Below are positions 12,887 to 24,737 of a DNA stretch of 64,000 bases, piece after piece. The notes below the pieces were generated by a model that had not been told where the DNA came from, searched no databases, and was given only the letters and a program-made list of their open reading frames with translations. The stretch is from Botryllus schlosseri. Taxonomy: Eukaryota. Each line of letters starts with the position of its first letter. Positions within the stretch are counted from its first letter, which is position 1. The stretch covers positions 4,714,001 to 4,778,000 of the forward strand of contig CM119371.1 of assembly GCA_051294905.1 (NCBI GenBank). Reading direction: 5' to 3'. The translations under genes were made by a program, and so were the position numbers.

Positions 12887-13587
12887 CCGTAATTTTCCGA
12901 ATATAGTGCGTCCCCATGTATAATACGCACCCTTAAAATGACGTGTAAATTCTGGGAAAAAGCCTGTACCCCTGTATAGTACACACCGTGCATTCGCAGT
13001 ACATAAATAGTTGTGTTCTAGTACGCGATGTTCTATTTTGCAATGTCACTCTCGAACAATCATGACATAACCACCGCTAATCATAATACAATTAACGTCA
13101 TTGTCTCTAAATGAGAGTAAGATAGTAGCCAAAGCCTGCGAGGCCAGCGACACATGACATTTTGCGCAAGAGGCCTTTTACAATTACAGATGCGATTGCT
13201 CAGGCCAACGGTTATGTCGGGCGCACCAATCCTGTTGGGGATGCGACTGATTACGCAAACGATGATATCTTGCGCACATGGCCTCTTGTGTATGCAAGAG
13301 ATCGCGTACTGTGCAGAATACTCTTGTTAATTGGCAACATGCTTTTTGTTAATTGGCAACGCGCTTGTCTATTTGGCAGCGCGTTACACTCTATAATACG
13401 AATTACGGGTTACGATGGCTAGAGATGATGCGCGATGGGAAACAAACATGAAGAAAGGTGTGATTTCAAGTTTTTGATCGAGGGAGATTTTTTCAAGGCT
13501 TGCTGTACCCATTTATTATAGTACGCACCCCCTATTTTAGGTCAAAACATCGGTAAAATTTTGCGCATTATACATGGAAAATTACGG
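12887..13587. mobile_element. pogo/Tc1-mariner-type MITE, family A copy 2
   Basis: TA|CCGTAATTTTCCGAATATA ... TATACATGGAAAATTACGG|TA. Confidence 0.85.
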
Positions 13588-14540
13588 TACTTGGAAGGCA
13601 AATTGCGTTGAGAGCAACAACCATTTTTCAGGCTCTTGAATATTCAGTTAAGAATATCATGTAGCGTCAGCAATCAAGGCTATTTACTCTGCACATTGTT
13701 TGGAATGCAGCGACCAAGACAATAAGCTTTGTACCATCGATATACATTTCAGTACAGTGGTTCTTGAACTGGGGGCGCGAAAACGAAGTTTACCGGATTT
13801 TTTTTCGCGCTTCGCGCGATTTAATCTCGGCCTGTGGTTGCTGCCCTGTGTATTCTCAGACTTTGATATTTCAGAATTCTCTCATCAACAGCTATAACCT
13901 TCCATGCCATCAAATTTTCACTATCATAAATGGAGGCGTGCTTAAAGAAGTTTGACAAACACTGTTTGAGAGTCTTAGAAAAACAGGAATAGGGGTTTAT
14001 AGAGATTTAAAAATGTATCTGGTTTAACATTGTTTCGAATCATGGCAGCAAATAGATATACCGTCACTTTTTCATTACCTAACATCAACACATTCACTGA
14101 GCAGCATTTATTAACAATGTAATTTAGAAATAAAATCAAAATACGCTGGGGAATATAGCTTTAATTTTTCAGTTGGCCCGCCAACGTATTTTCTACTTCT
14201 CATTTGGCCCGCGGAGGAAAATAATTGCCCACGCCTGTTCTAAAGTGTCAATGAAGACGACCCACCTTTGGCGCATTTTAACAAGCAAAAGCTTGTTTTG
14301 TTCCGACTCCAGTGAGTTTAGAGCATTTAGCAAATCCACCTTCTCCAAGAAATGGACATTTTGTGTATAGTTCCCTCCCAGTAAAGTCATCACAACTGAA
14401 TTCGGAGATCTCTTTCACAGCAAGTTACACATTTTAAGATATTATCGTGAAATCAAAACCAATTTAATCTGCAAAATGCATTATCGTTCATTAGCATGCT
14501 GGCAGCAGACTAATACAAGCTACTGGATGTTGAAACTGCA

Positions 14541-15446
14541 CAATAGGGCTGTTCAAAAATAAATTTTTCTTCTTGATTACAGCCATTCAGGCATTGTCAG
14601 GTTACCTTAAAAACGCCGCACACCAAATTTGGTTCAATTCTAACATGGATAAGGCTCCGCAGATCCAATTAAAATTTCTAATTTATAAAGTAAAATTTAA
14701 AAAAAAATTCAAATTTTTCTGTCAGCCTCATGAAATTATTGAGCTGTCTTCAGAGACGATGCAAAACAAATTTGACTCAATTCCAACAAGTAGAAGCAGA
14801 GTTATTTGAGTTTTTTGTTGACAATCAACGGATTATCTCCGATCAAGGATAATCCGAGGATTATGAACGAAAAACTCAAATACCTCAGCTTTTACGGGAT
14901 AGAATCGAGCCGAATTGTATCATATCAATTTGTAAGTAGGTATGTATTGCATCTTATCAATTCGTTTCTCTATTCTCTATTTGGGCTATAAACTGAGGCT
15001 ATGCAATTACTTACGTAGTTGCATTTCTACGTATATGTGAGCGATACAGCTATTTCTTGCGTACGTATATTTAACTTCATATTCGTTCATCGGTTCAGAA
15101 TCAATGACCACTCAATCTGCATTTCAGACAGCTAGCAACATGCAATGGTGTAAGCATGCCTCATACTTCCAAAAGACAACTTGACTTGAAATATGACTTG
15201 ACTCGTGACTCGACTTGACCCGACTTGACTCGAGTCACCTTCGAAAATCGATTGACTTGACTTGACTCGAGTCAAAATGTGCAATGACTCGAAATGACTC
15301 GTGACTTGAAAGTAGTGACTTGATCCCAACACTGGTAAGAATTGAACCAAATTTGGTATGCAGGCTTTGTAATGGTAACCTGACAATTTAATCAGTGAAT
15401 GGCTGGAATCCGGGAAAAAAAAAGTTATTTTTGAACAGCCCTACTG
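14541..15446. mobile_element. Decayed Tc1/mariner-type MITE (family B) with a nested hAT right-end fragment
   Basis: Ends CAATAGGGCTGTTCAAAAATAA / TTATTTTTGAACAGCCCTACTG match the 38107-38721 element. Internal 14930-15333 matches the right end of the 27553-55102 hAT. Confidence 0.65.
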
Positions 15447-16251
15447 CACAAGTAAGTCTGATTGAACGACGTTTGAAAATTAGTGATTAACGAAAACACA
15501 ACTCAATGGACTTGATTACAAAGTAACTCATTCACCATATTTTATCGGAATGAGATTGGCTTTCCAAATGAACATCAGTACAAAATTACTGCAGAATCAG
15601 ACAGACAGAACTACCACTATACAGGATAAACGAAGCATTTGCTAGCTATAGCAATGGCTGCAAGATCATCACACAAACGAAAACCTATCACGACGATTTT
15701 CAAAAAATGTAGAACGCTTGTCAAAAAATGTAAATCAATACTCAAAAATGTTGAACAATAGTTTTCACTATCATGTTGACCAGTGTTAATGCAATAGGTT
15801 GCATGAGTATCGTAAAATGTACATGGAAAATACGTAAGCTCATGCAGTATGATAGTCAGAGATATGTAGTAATACATTCACTCATGTACTCGATAATGTC
15901 CAGCTCCAGGCGTGAAACACACGTAAATCGGCATCGCTATGAATTTGCAACTCTTTGAGATTCGATAAGTCACCAATTATGTGATCCTAGATTCGCACAT
16001 TGGTGATTTATCATAATTACATATTCTAGGTAAAAGTGAGTTTTTAATTGAAAGAATACTGGTACTGGAGGTCATTTCAAAATCTTCATACCCTTTTTTC
16101 ACTTGACCTTGCGTGACTTTCGAACTCAACATGTTAATCCATATGATACTTGATCTTGGCCGTTTCAGAAAGTTTCAGATTTATGATGATGGTTATCCAT
16201 ATGCAAATTGAGGGTACCCTTCTCAGTGAACACTTTACTACATATAGCACA

Positions 16252-18585
16252 TTATGTATGATTTATTCCAGCATGCACATCCATATGACGTTTGAGGTGA
16301 CCCTCCCGAGTAAATGCTTTGCCACATATAGCACATGTATGACTCTTTATTCCAGCATGCACTTCCATATGACAATTGAAGTTACCCTTCTGAGTAAATG
16401 CTTTATCACATATAGCACATGTATGATTTTTGATTCCAGCATGCTTATCTATATGAAACTTGAGGGTAGCCTTCTCAGCGAATGCTTTCCCACAGATATC
16501 ACAAACATGATTTTTGATGCCAGCATGCATATTCATATGAAGCTTGAAGTTACTCTTCTTTGCGAATGCCCTACTACATATAGCACATGTATGACTCTTT
16601 ATTCCAGCATGCACTTCCATATGACAATTGAAGTTACCCTTCTGAGTAAATGCTTTATCACATATAGCACATTCATGTTTTTTGATGGCAGCATGCATAT
16701 CCATATGAAGCATGAAGTTACTCTTCTGTGTGAATGCTTTATCACATATAGAACATGTATGATTTTTTATTCCAGCATGCCTATCCATATGCAACTTGAG
16801 GGCACACTTCTGAGTGAATGCTTTACCACATATAGCACATGTATGATTTTTGATTCCAGCATGCTTATCCATATGCAACTTGAGGGTACACTTCCGAGTG
16901 AATGCTTTACCACATATAGCACATGTACGATTTTTGATTCCAGCATGCTTATCCATATGCGACTTGAGGTGACCCTTCTGAGTGAATGCTTTACCACATA
17001 TAGCACATGTATGATTTTTGATTCCAGCATGCTTATCCATATGCAACTTGAGGGTACCCTTCTGAGTGAATGCTTTACCACATATAGCACATGTATGATT
17101 TTTGATTCCAGCATGCTTATCCATATGCAACTTGAGGTGACCCTTCTGAGTGAATGCTTTACCACATATAGCACATGTATGATTTTTGATTCCAGCATGC
17201 TTATCCATATGCAACTTGAGGTGACCCTTCTGAGTGAATGCTTTACCACATATAGCACATGTATGATTTTTGATTCCAGCATGCTTATCCATATGCACCT
17301 TGAGGTGACCCTTCTGAGTGAATGCTTTATCACATATAGCACATGTATGATTTTTGATTCCAGCATGCTTATCCATATGCAACTTGAGGGTACACTTCCG
17401 AGTGAATGCTTTACCACATATAGCACATGTATGATTTTCGATTCCAGCATGCTTATCCATATGCAACTTGAGGGTACACTTCCGAGTGAATGCTTTACCA
17501 CATATAGCACATGTATGATTTTTGATTCCAGCATGCTTATCCATATGCAACTTGAGGTTACACTTCCTAGTGAATGCTTTACCACATATAGCACATGTGT
17601 GATTTTTGATTCCAGCATGCTTATCCATATGCAACTTGAGGTGACCCTTCTGAGTGAATGCTTTACCACATATAGCACATGTATGATTTTTGATTTCAGC
17701 ATGCTTATCCATATGCAAATTGAGGGTACTTTTAAGAGTGAACGCTTTACCACATATAGCACATGTATGATTTTTGATGCCAGCATGCATATCCATATGC
17801 ACCTTGAGGGCACATTTAAGAGTGAATGCTTTACCACATATAGCACATGTATGATTTTTGATTCCAGCATGCTTAACCATGTGCCCTTTGAGGGTATCCT
17901 TCGCAGTGAATGCTTTCCCGCATATATCACATACATGATTTTTGATGCCAGCATGCATATCCATATGAAGCTTGAAGTTACCCTTCTGAGTGAATGCTTT
18001 ACCACATATAGCACATGTATGATTTTTGATTCCAGCATGCTTAACCATGTGCAACTTGAGGGCACCCTTCTCAGTGAATGCTTTACCACATATAGCACAT
18101 GTATGATTTTTGATTCCAGCATGCTTAACCATGTGCCCTTTGAGGGTATCCTTCGCAGTGAATGCTTTCCCGCATATATCACATACATGATTTTTGATGC
18201 CAGCATGCATATCCATATGAAGATTGAAGTTACCCTTCTGAGTGAATGCTTTACCACATACAGCACATGTATGATTTTTGATTCCAGCATGCCTATCCAT
18301 GTGCAACTTGAGAGTACCCTTCGAAGTGAATGCTTTCCCGCATATTTCACATACATGATTTTTTATGCCAGCATGCATATCCATATGAAACTTGAGGGCA
18401 CCCTTCCGACTAAATTCTTTACCACATACATCACATTCAACATTTCTAATACCAACACGCATATTCATAAGATGTTTGCGGTTACTATTCCCGTTAAATG
18501 CTTTCCTATAGATATCGAATCGACATTCTTTAAAGTCGTGATCAATAGTAGAAACTTGATCCACAGCATGCTTTTCTTCATGACA
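16252..18585 (-). CDS. Tandem C2H2 zinc-finger protein ZF2 (about 26 fingers; probably a 3' exon)
   Basis: 84-bp units CAICGKAFT-x-K-x2-LKLHMDKH with linker AGIKNHT. The ORF-track start at 18564 is GTG; the frame stays open to a TTTTCTGTAG acceptor-like site ending at 18586. Confidence 0.88.
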   Translation of the reverse strand, partial: CHEEKHAVDQVSTIDHDFKECRFDIYRKAFNGNSNRKHLMNMRVGIRNVECDVCGKEFSRKGALKFHMDMHAGIKNHVCEICGKAFTSKGTLKLHMDRHAGIKNHTCAVCGKAFTQKGNFNLHMDMHAGIKNHVCDICGKAFTAKDTLKGHMVKHAGIKNHTCAICGKAFTEKGALKLHMVKHAGIKNHTCAICGKAFTQKGNFKLHMDMHAGIKNHVCDICGKAFTAKDTLKGHMVKHAGIKNHTCAICGKAFTLKCALKVHMDMHAGIKNHTCAICGKAFTLKSTLNLHMDKHAEIKNHTCAICGKAFTQKGHLKLHMDKHAGIKNHTCAICGKAFTRKCNLKLHMDKHAGIKNHTCAICGKAFTRKCTLKLHMDKHAGIENHTCAICGKAFTRKCTLKLHMDKHAGIKNHTCAICDKAFTQKGHLKVHMDKHAGIKNHTCAICGKAFTQKGHLKLHMDKHAGIKNHTCAICGKAFTQKGHLKLHMDKHAGIKNHTCAICGKAFTQKGTLKLHMDKHAGIKNHTCAICGKAFTQKGHLKSHMDKHAGIKNRTCAICGKAFTRKCTLKLHMDKHAGIKNHTCAICGKAFTQKCALKLHMDRHAGIKNHTCSICDKAFTQKSNFMLHMDMHAAIKKHECAICDKAFTQKGNFNCHMEVHAGIKSHTCAICSRAFAKKSNFKLHMNMHAGIKNHVCDICGKAFAEKATLKFHIDKHAGIKNHTCAICDKAFTQKGNFNCHMEVHAGIKSHTCAICGKAFTREGHLKRHMDVHAGINHT

Positions 18586-18784
18586 CTACAGAAAAGACCC
18601 ACAGATTTTTAGCATTTCATCATAGTTCAACTACACTATCGCCACATCTGCAATGCAGGGAAGTGTGGAACTATTTTAAACAAAGAGCATTATAAGATTG
18701 TAGACATAGCAATAACTATAATGATAGAGTACAACATACAAAACTACACGACTATACTATACGACATGAAAATAAGAAAGAGGT

Positions 18785-19880
18785 CTCAAGTTCAGACATG
18801 TAGTGTTTATGCGAGCATTAAGTGTTATGCCAGTTTTAAATCACAATAAAGATAACAATTTCATTCAATTTTTGACAACAATTCTCCACAGGATAAAATA
18901 GCATCGAAACTATAATTCTCGTTGGTAAGTTACCTCTTAGTGGCAAGGATCATATGATTTCGCAACTCAAAAATCCATCCCCTATTGCCCTTATCAAATC
19001 ATTAAAATCCCTGTGCCCACTACCCAGCCGCAGCAATCACTACTGTAGCGCTTTTCTTATCATCTTTAGCGTTTACCAAAGATTTAGCATCGCGGGACCA
19101 AAATATTGTTTTTCGTTTCATAAGGTCTAGTTAACTCTGCAACTGTGCAGTAATACAGGCTCATGAATCCAATCAATACAGTTTTAAAGACGGAATTTCC
19201 TATCTAAAATATTATTATTCCTCATAATCCAACATTTCCCACCATACTACTTCTAGGCCTATGGGTTGAATTGAGGCATATGCATGCATCATTCATTATT
19301 ATTTGTAGGCAACCTAATAATTTCATGTGGGAACAAGTACAGTTTCAATAAAAATTTTGATTGTAGTCAAAATCAATAATTTTCTACCTTAATAAGCTTT
19401 TTTAACAACTTGGCAATTTCATCAACTAGCCAGTAAAATTTGAAAACAAAAGTGATTCTTGAAGAATCCCATCAGTCAGTCCACTATACACAATCACACA
19501 TACCTAATAATATAAAACTGTAGTACGAGAAGGAACGTTGGCAGCCTCTTAAATGTAGGTATATCTTCTAGAACAGTAGTTCTTCCACTTCTCAAGACAC
19601 ACCTCATCGGTCAATATTTGAAATTTTCACCACCCAATAAACATCAAATCAAAAGGCAGGGTATTTTGAAAGCTACAGCTCTTTATAGCAGTGATTCCTG
19701 ACCTTTTCTAACTAACCTGGCGAGCCCATAAGATAATCTGCAAGCCTTCAGGAAACCACAAAATTTACCTCTTCACGAAGACCAAAATCTATTACATTAC
19801 ACAACTGATGCATCACTATAGAATACTAGTGCGAAAGATCAGCAGTGCATAAACAACAACGTCAAAATTACAGAACCATT
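18785..19880. repeat. Duplicated non-coding block upstream of ZF2, paralog of 11640-12700
   Basis: Colinear similarity with 11640-12700. Confidence 0.85.
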
Positions 19881-20743
19881 TATGCAGTATGCACATTGCA
19901 CATTTACAAGTTTACGAAACAGATGATTAGCCTACAAATTGGAAATCACGTATCAAATCAGTAATTTGTCTCCAACATAAAATACTACGGGATTTTGGGC
20001 TACTCTTCTGGCATCCCCTATTAACGCTCGAAAATCCTTACTGGAGTGAATGACGATGATGCGCAGTAATGAATTCCAATTAGCATGCATAATTGCATAC
20101 TCCATAACACTGTCCAATTTCGCGGCCCGATTAAAGAACTGTCACAAAAAAACGAGTAACCGTAATTTTCCAAGTATAGTACGCCCCCATGTATAATGCG
20201 CAGTGCGAACCCCTAACATAGCGTGCAAATTCTGGGGAAAAGCTTGTACGTACCCATGTATAGTACGCACCCTGCATTTCAGTACATGATTAGTTCCGAT
20301 TTAGTATATGATTCTTTTCTGTTTTACGATGTCACTGTTGAACAATCATGGCATAACCATCGCTAATCATTATATAATTAACGGAATTGTCTTCAAGCGA
20401 TAGTTAAGGCTAGCGAAACGGCATATTGAGCACAAGACCTATTACAGATGCGATTGCTAATCATTATACAATTAACGGTATTGTCTCTAAATGATAGTAG
20501 ATAACAGCCTAAGCATGCGAGACCGGCGGCGATATAGTTTTAGGCACACGACGCCTATTACAGATTGCGATTGCTCAGACTAACGGTTTTATCGTGCGCG
20601 CCAGGTCTGTTGGAGATGCGACTGATTACTCAAGCGATTATATCTTGCGCACATGGCCTCTTGTATATGGATATGTGACTGTTCAGGGCTGTTGTTGGCG
20701 CGATTAACTAGCGAGAATTACCGCGCGCGATTGCCTATGAGCG

Positions 20744-22640
20744 GGTACATGGACATATCAGCATGCGACACAATAGCAAGCGACATTTGAGCATGCGACA
20801 CTTGAGCATAGCGACTTTTGGTCATGGCGACTCGTGGGCATGTAGACATATCAGCACAGGGACATATTAACATGAGGACATATTAGCATGGGGACACATA
20901 AGTATAGGGACACACGAGCATGGATAAACGTGAGCATAGGGACACATCAACATGGTGACAATTTAATAAGTGCCACTTGAGCATGGTGACACATGAGCAT
21001 GCGATACATGAGCCTTTACGACACATGAGCATGGGTACACAAGAGCATGGGCACACATGCGCATATGGACACATGGGCATGGGGACATAAGATCAAAGGT
21101 GCATATGGGCATGGGTCACGTACGCATGCGACACATGAGCATGCGACACGTCTACATGCAGACACTTGAGCATGCGACACGTGGATATGCAGACACTTGA
21201 GCATGCGACACTTGGGCATGCGACATTTGGACATGGGACACGTAGATATGCAGACACTTGAGCATGCGACACTTGGGCATGCGGCACTTGAGCATGCGAC
21301 ACTTGAGCATGCGACACTTGAGCATGCGACACTTGCGTGTCTTAAGCGACTTTTGAGCATGCGACACTTGAGCATGTGACCGTATAGATTTGTCCGAAAA
21401 GCTCCAAATATCACGGTAAAGCGATAAAGGTTGTCATTGCTCCACATATATTGGAATCGTTTACACGTATCAGACGAACTGAAAGAATATATCCTTTTGT
21501 GAGACGAAAGCGATTGCAAATTAAATTCGCATTTCGACACGGGACTTATTATATTATTTTAGTTTTACGTGTCGTGGGTGGGTAGGGGGAACATTAGGGT
21601 CGGAGGTGGGTTAGGGTTAGGATTAGCGTTAGCTTAGGGTTAGGATTAGGGTTAGTTTAGGTTAGGGTTATGATTAGGGTCCATGTTGGGGTTAAGGTTT
21701 CCCAAGAATAGGGATGGGGGATGGATATTAGGGTTGGTTAGGGTTAGGATTAGAGTCAAGGTATCCCAAGATTAGGGTTGGGGTGATGAGTATTAGGGTT
21801 GGTTAGGGTTAGGGTTAAGGTATCCCAAGATTAGGGTTGGGGGTTACGAGCATTAGGGTTGGGAGGGGGGATATTAGGGTTGGTTAGGGTTAGGGTTAAG
21901 GTATCCCAAGATTAGGGTTGGGGGTTATGAGTATTAGGGTTGGGAGGGGGTATATTAGGGTTGGTTAGGGTTAGGGTTAAGGTTAAGGTATACTAAGATT
22001 AGGGTTAAGAGTTAGGGTTATGGTTAGGATTAGGCTTCGCGTTAGGGTTGCGGTATCCCAAGATTAGGGTTGGGGTGATGGGTATCAAAGTTGGGAACGG
22101 GGATATTAAGGTTGGAGGAGGGGAGATATATCATTTTCGGACTGGTATAAATCCATGATTTTGACGCTAGTTAACTACACACTAAGAAATGACAAATGCT
22201 CAAGTGTCGCATGCTCAAATGTCGCATGCTCAAGTGTCGCATGCTCAAGTGTCGCATGCGCAAGTGTCCGCATGCTCATTTGTCACCATGCTAACATGTC
22301 ACCATGCTCATATATCACCATGCACAAGTGTCAACATGCTGAAGTGTCCCAATGGTTATGTGCCCCCATGCTCACTTGGCACCATGCCCATGTGTAACCA
22401 TGTTGATTAGTCCCCATGCTAATGTGTAACCATGCTCAAGTGTCGCATGCTAATATGTATCCATGCCCATGTGTCCCCTTGCTCATGTTTCACCATGCTG
22501 ATATGTCCCCATGTGCATGTGTCCCCATGCTCATGTGTCCCTATGCTCATGTGTTACCATGCTAATGTGTCCTCATGCTATAGCGTCGCATGCTAAACTG
22601 TCGTTTTTCATTGTGTCGCATGCTCATATGTCGGGCAACC
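20744..22640. mobile_element. Non-autonomous Mutator (MULE)/foldback-type element with subterminal 15-bp tandem repeats
   Basis: 9-bp TSD CTATGAGCG (20735-20743, 22641-22649); imperfect TIRs GGT..GACATAT.AGCATGCGACACAAT; CTTGAGCATGCGACA arrays on the left arm and their reverse complement on the right arm. Confidence 0.8.
21594..22115 (+). repeat. Degenerate interstitial TTAGGG/GGTTAG telomere-like tract
   Basis: Many TTAGGG hexamers and variants; a larger unit ATTAGGGTTGGTTAGGGTTAGGGTTAAGGTATCCCAAG recurs. Confidence 0.9.
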
Positions 22641-24239
22641 CTATGAGCGATCTAATTTTGCTCGCGTACAAACGGCAAACCAACTCTGCAGGAGATCGCG
22701 TGCTTGTGTACAAGACTCTATTGGCCACACGCTCCCCGCTAATTGGCAGCGCGTTACACTATAATACGAATTACTGTACGCGATGGCTGAAAGTGATGCG
22801 CGATTGGAAACAAACATGAAGAAAGGAGGGATTTCAAGTTTTTCATCGAGGGAGATTCTTTTCAAGGCTTGTTGTACCCAAGTATAATACGCACCCCCAT
22901 ATTTTAGGGCAAAAATCGTGAAAATTTTGCGCATTATACATGGAATATTACGGTATTTGCTCATCCGATTCATAGCAACGATGAGATGGAATTTCTCGGC
23001 TCGTGCCCGTCATATCGACATGTGCAACGGAAATACATAGTCACGGGGCCTACGATAACTTAAGTTATCGTAGGCCCCGATAGTCATCATTATTTTCGAG
23101 TCGTATACAATTGGCCAACAAGGTTGTGCTGATGATGAAATTACGGGTCTGCCGAATACCCACAATTCACAGGCATATTTCGCATAATGATGTTCGACAT
23201 TCATGTACGAAAATTGAACATTGAACATACCACTGGTCTGCTGTTAAATTCCCAGGAACATGATTAGTTGGAAAAAGATGATAAGTTGGATAAAGAAGCG
23301 CCAAAGAGGAACATATTCTTAATCTCGCGAAGGCCTGCTGTTCAATTATGTGAACTCAACAGATATGGTTGTTGCATATATATTAGCATCTTATGAAACA
23401 CGTCGGAGCCGGAGCTACCCCTCATATAACTGGCTCGAGTTCCGGCTCCGGCTGAATTTTATGTAGAGCTCCGGCTCCAGCTCCGGTAAAAATGCATGGC
23501 TCCGGGGCTCCGGCTCCAAAGCCCTGATGCTACGATACGACTATTGGAGTTTTCAATCCTTTCGAAGTGGAAAATAGTATTATTTATAACTATAATTCTC
23601 ATTGAGAAATCATATTCAAGTGGCAAGGATCATATAACATCGGTACTCGAAATAACCATCCTTACTATTCGACTCAAATCACAAGAACTAATACCGATTC
23701 AGAATAAATTATCGTATACTGTGCAATGGTACTGGTTCGCCTCAGTACTGTAGTGCTTTTCAGATAATCTTTGGAGCTTAACAACAATTTCACACCGTGA
23801 GACCCAAATATTATTTCTAGTTTCATAAGACATAGTTAACTATGCAACTGTGGGATGATACAGGCTTAGGAACCTGCTCAAGCCAGTTCTAATTCTGATA
23901 GAATTTTATGTCGACCAAATTATTTGGAAAGCAGAGTTTCGTAATCTTTACTAACTTGACGAATCAATACAATAATCTGCAAGTCTTTATCGTAAAACTC
24001 CTCATAGATTGGAACATTTATTAGCAAACACAGAAATTTACTTTCAAATGTTGTTCATTCTGATTAACGGTAACATCCTACAAAATGTGTCGTAATGGAG
24101 CAACTAACTTGCATACAAATCTTTAGTTCTCAGATTTAAAAAAATGCATATTTTGCAGTGCATATAGCTTGGCTTCAAACCAAAATATCTACCAAGCTCT
24201 CCGCTCTTTCGAAAATATCTCCGAGAAAAAATTAAAAGC

Positions 24240-24737
24240 CAGACTTGGACAACTAGCAAAATATTAGCTTTTCCAAAATCGACTAGAAATACAATTATAG
24301 CTTTACCATGTTTTTCAAATATGACTAGTAATAGAACTGTAGCAGGCAGCTTTTTTCTGAATTGACCTATTATTAGATTTTTTAGCTTTATCGAATTAGA
24401 TTATCATTGGAATGATAGCTAATCAGGTTTTTCAAAATTATGTTCAAAGAATTAGGCTACTAAATTTTCGAAAACCTGAATATAGAATCAAGTTCAGTTA
24501 ATATATCAAATCAGCGTTCATTCTCATAAGCATGGTAATGGCATATGTCTCTACACCGAACTCGGTTCGTTCCTCACTATACGGTTTTCCTGAAGCATTT
24601 TCAGGAAACCATGAATTGCATTAGAATTAAAATGAGAGCATGGAAACATTACACAAATTAGATTAGAATTAGATTAACGACATTACCGTCTCATTAGTCT
24701 AGTCAGACAACTAGAATGATCTAGTTGTCCAAGTCTG
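24240..24737. mobile_element. MITE family with CAGACTTGGACAACTAG TIRs
   Basis: Inverted 17-bp ends and AATTAGATTAGAAT subterminal repeats; other copies at about 63485-63963, 11000-11164 and 51968. No TSD recognisable. Confidence 0.65.

Larger units (their letters stand above)
20160..22953. mobile_element. pogo/Tc1-mariner-type MITE, family A copy 3, interrupted by a Mutator-like element
   Basis: CCGTAATTTTCCAAGTATA ... TATACATGGAATATTACGG|TA; both halves match 12887-13587. Confidence 0.8.

Noticed and set aside
6372..16254. Reassigned TAA codon (alternative genetic code)
   Set aside because: No in-frame TAA occurs inside the long ZF or transposase ORFs; two terminal cases are not enough evidence.
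6450..18585. CRISPR-like array or PRDM9 ortholog
   Set aside because: The repeats are contiguous coding units without unique spacers, and no PR/SET or KRAB domain is visible.
16150..18612. 820-aa plus-strand ORF and 529-aa alternative-frame minus ORF
   Set aside because: Stop-free only because the homogenised ZF2 unit lacks stops in those frames.
21594..22115. True telomere or chromosome-fusion scar
   Set aside because: Degenerate, single orientation, and enclosed in an element with a TSD; no head-to-head TTAGGG/CCCTAA junction.
20883..22819. ORFs with SHAQV / CRMLK / ACSSV repeats
   Set aside because: Translations of the 15-bp satellite in the Mutator-like arms.
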